DNA of 64,000 bases from a virus, in the IMG/VR virus record IMGVR_UViG_3300048672_000152, positions 29,453-93,452 of that record; one strand, given 5' to 3'. Both the position numbers and the translations under genes were made by a program. The notes under the pieces are model-generated. The model saw only the letters and a list, made by a program, of their open reading frames with translations, ran no database searches and had not been told where the DNA came from. Below are positions 58,044-64,000 of the stretch, piece by piece. The stretch's first letter is position 1. Every line of letters starts with the position of its first letter.

Positions 58044-58974
58044 GTAAGTACTCCTTGTGACTATATTCCCCAGAATAATACTTAGTGAATTTACTTGCAA
58101 CTACTGGTAGCTTGAAAGTGAACTCCGACAAGTCTAGACTGACTTTTTCAAAAACCACCCTATTTTTATTCACAAGACCTTCTACCTTCACATTATCACC
58201 GAACACGTAGTATATCAATTGCTCTGTGGAAGTCTTAATTCTCGTTCTAAGATTTATAAAGTGGCATATATTAGTAAATACCTCTTTCAATGAATACTCA
58301 TTACCGTCAAATACTAAGAAATACTGCCTCGTCTTGACTGGTAAAGAAAGGGCTTCTTGCACAGACATACCCAACTTCCCTACGCGGTCTTGTAGTAATC
58401 GCTCATTCAACCCATGTTTACGCGCCATTGCCGCCAGATGAAGAACATCTTCACCATCATCTAAGTATCTTGGATTAACCACTTTGGAACCGAGATACCT
58501 AGAATTTAGTACTTGTTCAGACCTTGTAGACCACTTACAGTTTTCTTTACAGTAGTTCCCATCATTATCTATGCGGTCGATTTCCAATTTAGGTTTATAA
58601 GTACTTTCCATATCTTTTAAAAAGTTTTGGAAACCTTCAGGGTTATCTTTGTGCCATTCTTCACAAACCTCTATTCCTCTACCACCATAGTGTTTATAAT
58701 CTTTTCTTCGCGTGTCATAACAACGTCTGTTCAAATCATACCAACGTTGGTGTAGCGGATGTTTTGATTCACCACCTTTTGTTGACATTCTTTCTCTAGC
58801 AGTTTCTTTTGCAAAACATCTACAAGAAGTGCTGTCTCCAGAAAGCAAAGAACTGACTCTTACCGATTTTCTAGTACCACAGTCACAAACAACATTAGCC
58901 CTTTTATTCTTGCCTTCTATAGCATATGGTTCAGATAAAACTAACCACCTACCATATCTGTCCCCTATTCTCAT
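58036..58974 (-). CDS. HNH-like homing endonuclease
   Basis: G.RYGRW.V, CDCG, SC.C, W....RRCY, YGGRGI.VC, IDRIDNDGNY..ENC.W. Confidence 0.88.
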   Translation of the reverse strand: MRIGDRYGRWLVLSEPYAIEGKNKRANVVCDCGTRKSVRVSSLLSGDSTSCRCFAKETARERMSTKGGESKHPLHQRWYDLNRRCYDTRRKDYKHYGGRGIEVCEEWHKDNPEGFQNFLKDMESTYKPKLEIDRIDNDGNYCKENCKWSTRSEQVLNSRYLGSKVVNPRYLDDGEDVLHLAAMARKHGLNERLLQDRVGKLGMSVQEALSLPVKTRQYFLVFDGNEYSLKEVFTNICHFINLRTRIKTSTEQLIYYVFGDNVKVEGLVNKNRVVFEKVSLDLSEFTFKLPVVASKFTKYYSGEYSHKEYLHE

Positions 58975-60014
58975 ATTAACCCCTTACTCCGTAATAAAGT
59001 AGACACGTCTATAAAATCATTATCAAACCTTAACATGTGTGCCATAGTAAAACATTCCTGAAGTACATACAACCAATCTATAAGTATTTCACCCCCTCGC
59101 CAACCGATAATCGTTTTAGGTTCGGGGTATAGGATTTTAAATGAGTCTCTAAGGGCTTCTAAAGCTTCGGTATCATTGGTACAATCTTTCAACGCTTTAT
59201 ATGCAGATTTATCAGCCCATTTCTTATCAGAAAAGCAATTAGCAGCATAGTTGTCCGAGGTGTCTTGTGACAGTACTTGGAAGTACTTAAACATTCTACC
59301 TACGCCTCGAATTTTCTTACCGTCTTCTTTTAAGTAACCAAATCCTGAACAATCTACAATACCTTCCTCTGGTCTGTTGGTGTTGTAAAATCGAGTCCCT
59401 GCACCATAGTAGTCCTTATCTACTCCTAGGATAAAAGAGTTTTTGTCCTTGTGAGTTACCATAGTGACGACATCATCCACTTCTAGATTAGTTATAATCT
59501 CAGCATTGTATTTCATATTCAAATATAAGGTCACTTCGTCTAGTTGTAAAGGCTTCAACATATCAGACCTGTTGCCTTTATACTCCAACAAAGTACTCTT
59601 ATCAACCCTGAAGCTATTACCTTTCCCTGAGAATGCAACGTAACTTGATGCACCTGATTCTTTGAGAGCAGTCTCTACCATTGTTTTAGCAGAGTGCATA
59701 AGATTTTCAATAGGCTCACTTACAGTTTGCTTATCTTCTATCGCAAATTCTTCCACTAAAAAAGGTTTCTTATTTGACTCTAACCGACTCTTATTTAGTT
59801 CACCAAGCCATCCAGCATTTTTCTTGCTGTGGTGTCCGTAGAATTCTGTCCTTGTTTTAAAAGATTTAACTTTACCTGACGGCAAGTGAGTAACCTCAAT
59901 AGTCCTGTTCTCGCCTACACTCGCAATTGCATATTTCACGAAATCTAGGTCAATCACCGCCTTGCCATTTTCTCCATCACAAACTGTTTCTTGGACTCTA
60001 GGTTTAAAGCTCAT
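58971..60014 (-). CDS. 5'-3' exonuclease (T7 gp6/FEN-like)
   Basis: ID.D..Y, FR......YKGNR, EVDD, DKD, D.SDNY. Confidence 0.88.
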   Translation of the reverse strand: MSFKPRVQETVCDGENGKAVIDLDFVKYAIASVGENRTIEVTHLPSGKVKSFKTRTEFYGHHSKKNAGWLGELNKSRLESNKKPFLVEEFAIEDKQTVSEPIENLMHSAKTMVETALKESGASSYVAFSGKGNSFRVDKSTLLEYKGNRSDMLKPLQLDEVTLYLNMKYNAEIITNLEVDDVVTMVTHKDKNSFILGVDKDYYGAGTRFYNTNRPEEGIVDCSGFGYLKEDGKKIRGVGRMFKYFQVLSQDTSDNYAANCFSDKKWADKSAYKALKDCTNDTEALEALRDSFKILYPEPKTIIGWRGGEILIDWLYVLQECFTMAHMLRFDNDFIDVSTLLRSKGLI

Positions 60015-60146
60015 CCTATTTATCTCCCTTCAAACAATCATCATACACCATCAAACTAAAGAAGCATAAAAACATACCAGCTAAACCATGACCTAGTAGA
60101 ATGCAAGCAATACCACCAGTTAACGCAACAGCAGGAAAAATATATT

Positions 60147-60344
60147 TCATTCTTTAGCTCCTATAATTAAAAACATACCACTTTCTCTAAGACTACCTTT
60201 AGGGTGAATAATTACACCATCAACTCCAACATAGAATATCTCACCTAAACATAGTTGCATATCTGCATAATTACCGCTGACAAAAACAACTTCATCACCA
60301 ACTTTAGCAACTCTACCTACTTTATCTACGATTACGGGAGTCAT
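60147..60344 (-). CDS. hypothetical protein
   Basis: D..GR...VGD.V motif; operon packing. Confidence 0.6.
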   Translation of the reverse strand: MTPVIVDKVGRVAKVGDEVVFVSGNYADMQLCLGEIFYVGVDGVIIHPKGSLRESGMFLIIGAKE

Positions 60345-60523
60345 TCTTTCACCCCTTTAACCTTCTCTAATTTAGACAATACAGGTTTAGCTAGGAATCG
60401 TAATTCCACTAAGAACCTGCGTAACTCAAAATTCTTCACACGTTCAACTTCCAGTAGCTGTTCAAGTTGGTGTGCTTTGTTCTTGTAATGTAACAAATCT
60501 AATTCTTCTTTACTCATAATCAT
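60341..60523 (-). CDS. hypothetical protein
   Basis: operon packing. Confidence 0.55.
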   Translation of the reverse strand: MIMSKEELDLLHYKNKAHQLEQLLEVERVKNFELRRFLVELRFLAKPVLSKLEKVKGVKE

Positions 60524-60713
60524 CTCCTAGTTTAAATACATTAATAATTGTAGCTGGTTTACGTACAGACTCACCATAAGCCGACCTATTAGGATTTAAT
60601 ACATACATTGAATGTTCATCTTCTAACGCACGAATGTATCTCTCTGTTGGTAAAAAGTCTATGAATTCTCGATCATAACTACCATCAGCTAATAACAATA
60701 CTGCACAATACAT
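60510..60713 (-). CDS. hypothetical protein
   Basis: AGGAGAG SD. Confidence 0.6.
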   Translation of the reverse strand: MYCAVLLLADGSYDREFIDFLPTERYIRALEDEHSMYVLNPNRSAYGESVRKPATIINVFKLGDDYE

Positions 60714-60722
60714 AATCTCTCC

Positions 60723-61049
60723 TTAATAAACATGCTGAAAACTGTCTAACTTTGTATCTACACCTTCACCAAGAATACTATTCAGTTTATCTTGCGCTTC
60801 GTGTAATGCTTCAAACCAACTAGATTCATGGTCAATCAAATCTTCGTATGTCGGTGTTGGCATTGAAATACCAATGTCCCAAGAATCCCTATCAGCATCG
60901 TACCAAGGACTAGCGTAATCTAAACCTAAATCATCCAGCACATCATAGAAATCATTACCTTCTTCGTCAGCTATTAAATCAATTGCTGAATGTAATAATT
61001 CTTGGTCTGTTGGAACTAACATCAATTTATTACCAATATCAATACCCAT
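60723..61049 (-). CDS. acidic hypothetical protein
   Basis: GGAGAGG SD; ASPWYD motif. Confidence 0.65.
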   Translation of the reverse strand: MGIDIGNKLMLVPTDQELLHSAIDLIADEEGNDFYDVLDDLGLDYASPWYDADRDSWDIGISMPTPTYEDLIDHESSWFEALHEAQDKLNSILGEGVDTKLDSFQHVY

Positions 61050-61061
61050 AATTCCTCTCCT

Positions 61062-61292
61062 TTATTTAACTGTCACTATATCTTTCAGGTTTGGCGGTAA
61101 GCTACATTCCAATTCCAACCAATCTTCATCTACTTCGAGATACTTAAACGAAAGTACAGTCTTATTAGTTAGTTTCTCCATAATAGTTAACCAATTAACT
61201 GAGTGACCTTCATCTTGCAATACACCATTGAAATAGATACCTGTCCAATCATTAGCATAAACCAATACAACATCTACAAGGTTATAAATCAT
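61062..61292 (-). CDS. hypothetical protein
   Basis: DW.G.Y.NG.L..EGH motif. Confidence 0.65.
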   Translation of the reverse strand: MIYNLVDVVLVYANDWTGIYFNGVLQDEGHSVNWLTIMEKLTNKTVLSFKYLEVDEDWLELECSLPPNLKDIVTVK

Positions 61293-61351
61293 TTCTCCAT
61301 CCCTCTACAAAACAAAAAGGCCACTACCCTTTCGGATAGCAGCCTCTATAA

Positions 61352-61621
61352 TTATTTAATTTTAGCTAGAATGTCAACGGCTGCTAAGCTATCTTTGACA
61401 TCTGCCACTTTCTCTTGAGCTTTCCGAAGTAACAACTGACCTTCATACTTAGCAGCAAGTAGTTTCTTAAAGTCTTTAGCTTTCATTACTTCAGTGTCTT
61501 GTAGTGTAGTTCCTAGGTCTAAAACGTCCGATTCCAGCATTGAAATTTCATTCAACAATGCAACACCACGCTCTAATACGTCTACTACTTTCTTACGTTT
61601 CTCTATGTCATTTGGTAACAT
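61352..61621 (-). CDS. helical protein, possibly phage DsbA-like dsDNA-binding protein
   Basis: size, helical pattern and K.F.KL...Y segment; weak similarity only. Confidence 0.4.
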   Translation of the reverse strand: MLPNDIEKRKKVVDVLERGVALLNEISMLESDVLDLGTTLQDTEVMKAKDFKKLLAAKYEGQLLLRKAQEKVADVKDSLAAVDILAKIK

Positions 61622-61635
61622 TATTTATTCTCCTA

Positions 61636-61860
61636 TTAAAATGTTGTTGGTTGTGCAATACTTCGGATTGCAGCCATAATACCTTGCTGAAGATGGGTCT
61701 CTGCAATACTAATCCAGCGTTGGTCTAATGAAGTATTATCGCGCAATTCCTCAATCAATAAACCGAGTCGTTCACCTTCTGATTTAACGGCATTCATTGC
61801 GTTAATTTCAGCTTGAGATAAGTCACGATAACCCTTAATTAGTTTGTGTTGGTTGTCCAT
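61636..61860 (-). CDS. acb2: anti-CBASS cyclic-nucleotide sponge Acb2
   Basis: MDNQHK.IKGYRDLSQ.EI..MN.VK ... RW..I..T..Q.G.MA.IR.IAQP..F, the Acb2/T4 Vs.4 signature. Confidence 0.92.
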   Translation of the reverse strand: MDNQHKLIKGYRDLSQAEINAMNAVKSEGERLGLLIEELRDNTSLDQRWISIAETHLQQGIMAAIRSIAQPTTF

Positions 61861-61912
61861 TATTTCTCCTATTAAATTTAAAACAAGGGCTGCATTACAC
61901 AGCCCTAATACA

Positions 61913-62401
61913 TTACTCTATGTTATTACCATTAGCTCGTAGTAGTTTGTGTTCTTCGGAATGACAAGAAGTACACAACCATATTACATCTAACCAATGT
62001 TCTTCTAAATAAGACCAATGGTGTCCTTGTATGTTTGTTGTACTTTCGCACCTCTCACATTTACAAGGTTTAACTAGAACACCATCCCTGATTGCATTAT
62101 TTACAGCACAGTTAGCTCGATATTTTTCTGGATTTTTACTTCTGTACTTCCTAGTCCGAAGTCTTTCGTTTTCGATGAAAACTAAATCTCCAGATTTGCG
62201 TTTTGTTTTAGACCTCTCCCTACACTCGCCAACACGTTGCTCATGGTTCGGTCTGTTTCTATCGTATTCCTTTACTTTTTCAAGGTTTTCCTCTCTGTAT
62301 TTTCTAGAAGACCTTTTTGTACACTCTTTACATTTAGTTCTATTTGACTTGTAAAAGTCGGAGAGCAGTTTAAGCTCTCCACAGAAATTACAAACACACA
62401 T
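61913..62401 (-). CDS. HNH endonuclease
   Basis: CxxC..K....F....CKEC, CERC....GHH..Y......WLC..CH...H. Confidence 0.85.
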   Translation of the reverse strand: MCVCNFCGELKLLSDFYKSNRTKCKECTKRSSRKYREENLEKVKEYDRNRPNHEQRVGECRERSKTKRKSGDLVFIENERLRTRKYRSKNPEKYRANCAVNNAIRDGVLVKPCKCERCESTTNIQGHHWSYLEEHWLDVIWLCTSCHSEEHKLLRANGNNIE

Positions 62402-62403
62402 AA

Positions 62404-63405
62404 TTAGAATGGGACATCCGTATCCATCCCATCTTCTACAACCGCTTCAGCAGCCTTTGGAGCAGCTTTAGCTTTAGGAGCTACTGGTGCATTCTCCTGA
62501 GCTTTTGATGGCTCTGACGGTACTGTAGAGGCTTTAGAATTAGTGAACAGCTTGTTCAACTGAGCTTCTAATTTACTACCCGCATAATCACTAGCCATTG
62601 CCATTGTATTACGAACAGAAAGACGTAATTGTTTCAAATCTGCTTCAGTATTATCTGCATCGAATTGTACGATATGTAATAATGATTCGTCAAACTCCGG
62701 TACAGCTTGTGAACGACCTAAGCCAGCAACAAACGCACACTTCTCAGTGTAATAACCATCAGCATTAAAATACACACGTACTTTAAACTGTAACGCCTTA
62801 CCTAACAACTTGTCAATGTCTTGTGGTAAGAAAGCATCATCTTTACTGATAATCTTTGCACCAACAGCCATCTTATGCATTGTACTGTTTGGGGTGAATG
62901 ACCACTTATTACCTGTCTTATCATTCTTACGAATAGTAAGAGCTAAAGGTTTAGCGGCAATCTTAACACCACCAGTTTTAGTAAACTCACCACCTAACAA
63001 CAACCGTAAAGGTTTAGGGTCTGCTTTCTCAATACCGAAGAACTGAGATTTATCTAACATGATTTCTGGGAAATCAATAGCATACACTACTTGTTGTACA
63101 GGACGTTGAGGCCAACGCTTGTAACGCTTTATCTTCTTGTCTTCGTAATCATACAAATCTTCAAAGTAAGTGTTAGAAGATTTAGCAATTTCTGCCGCTT
63201 CTTCTTCGGGAGTACCTTTCCACTCCATCTTAGCGTCTTCTTGCTCTTGCACACCCACATCGTAAAGACCACTAATGATACCTACCATAGTTTCTTCTTG
63301 TTGTAAACCAGCAGTAGTTACTACGTATTCATTAAGAGCTTTCCAATCCACCGCTACTTTATTTGTATTTTCTGCTTGTGTGTTTCCACGAACGCCAAAG
63401 GCCAT
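62404..63405 (-). CDS. single-stranded DNA-binding protein
   Basis: 333 aa with acidic C-terminal tail EDGMDTDVPF. Confidence 0.7.
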   Translation of the reverse strand: MAFGVRGNTQAENTNKVAVDWKALNEYVVTTAGLQQEETMVGIISGLYDVGVQEQEDAKMEWKGTPEEEAAEIAKSSNTYFEDLYDYEDKKIKRYKRWPQRPVQQVVYAIDFPEIMLDKSQFFGIEKADPKPLRLLLGGEFTKTGGVKIAAKPLALTIRKNDKTGNKWSFTPNSTMHKMAVGAKIISKDDAFLPQDIDKLLGKALQFKVRVYFNADGYYTEKCAFVAGLGRSQAVPEFDESLLHIVQFDADNTEADLKQLRLSVRNTMAMASDYAGSKLEAQLNKLFTNSKASTVPSEPSKAQENAPVAPKAKAAPKAAEAVVEDGMDTDVPF

Positions 63406-63487
63406 ATTAAGTTTCCTTATATTAAGTTTTGCAATATTGCATTATATCAGTTTTTAAGAATTGTACAATCTCTTGTACAAGAAGGTT

Positions 63488-63721
63488 CTACGCTTTAAAT
63501 CGTACTAACAACGTCATTACTTTGTTCAACCCACCGTATGATACGCCCATACACTGTAATTGCTTTTGGTAATCTCGATTATTAGCAAACCGATTATTCG
63601 ATAATGCGTTGTAGTTGTTGTATAATTCCTCTACACGCAATGTGTGGTTATTGAAATTCTGAGCGTTATCTGCTAATGAGATAGCAGCATCAGAAATCAT
63701 AGATTTAATTTTATTAAACAT
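63488..63721 (-). CDS. hypothetical protein
   Basis: AGGAGAG SD. Confidence 0.5.
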   Translation of the reverse strand: MFNKIKSMISDAAISLADNAQNFNNHTLRVEELYNNYNALSNNRFANNRDYQKQLQCMGVSYGGLNKVMTLLVRFKA

Positions 63722-64000
63722 TTTACTCTCCTTTATTAAGTTTTGACAACCTCATACGATAAAGGTCAGACCTGTCTACTCTTTCTACTTTACCCGAACC
63801 TAGATGAATAATTCTTAGGTAATCAGTTCCTATGAGGTCATTATCAAGTTCCCCTACGTGTGTAACCCAATCAGGTAAATGTTCACTTTTTGAATTATTC
63901 ATTGTGGTTTTTCCTTTGATTAATATTTCACTTTATTACTACGACCAATACTTGCTACAGCAAATCCGTACATCACTACAGCTATGAACACTTGACTAAC

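Noticed and set aside
63460-63480. TTGTACAA-TCTC-TTGTACAA as a third copy of element A/B
   Set aside because: Shares only the GTACAAG core; flanks do not align
1-64000. Integrase/repressor (prophage), rRNA, IS transposase, alternative genetic code
   Set aside because: None seen; ORFs are intact under the standard code

Overview
64 kb from an AT-rich lytic myovirus of a Gammaproteobacterium-type host (sigma70 promoters, spanins, T4-lysozyme-type endolysin). Layout: 1-13.2 kb (-) early/middle genes (SLOG/DprA-like, ATP-dependent ligase, metallophosphoesterase, ClpP-like, PhoH, adenine MTase, HNHs); a divergent promoter switch at ~13.2 kb followed by a small family-A polymerase-like gene, with ~110-bp inverted elements on either side of this block; a tRNA/tRNA-like ncRNA cluster (16.3-16.8 kb); 17.2-49.0 kb (+) packaging, head, contractile tail, baseplate, fibres, lysis and a second fibre-like module; 49.1-64 kb (-) nucleotide metabolism/replication (nrdA with intein, nrdB, glutaredoxin, thyX, MazG-like, exonucleases, SSB) and an Acb2 anti-CBASS sponge. 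The ORF track is misleading in two places. terL is split in its Walker A motif by a 210-nt group I intron. The tape-measure gene is split by two group I introns around a 19-nt micro-exon. Best candidates for undescribed biology: (i) a response-regulator + Pro-rich peptide + membrane protein module inside the lysis cassette, (ii) the twin-intron micro-exon TMP, (iii) the mini polymerase with flanking elements, (iv) a structured RNA with three anti-Shine-Dalgarno-like CCUCUCC motifs, (v) three aberrant tRNA-like RNAs. All calls come from reading the sequence by eye; no searches or folding programs were run.
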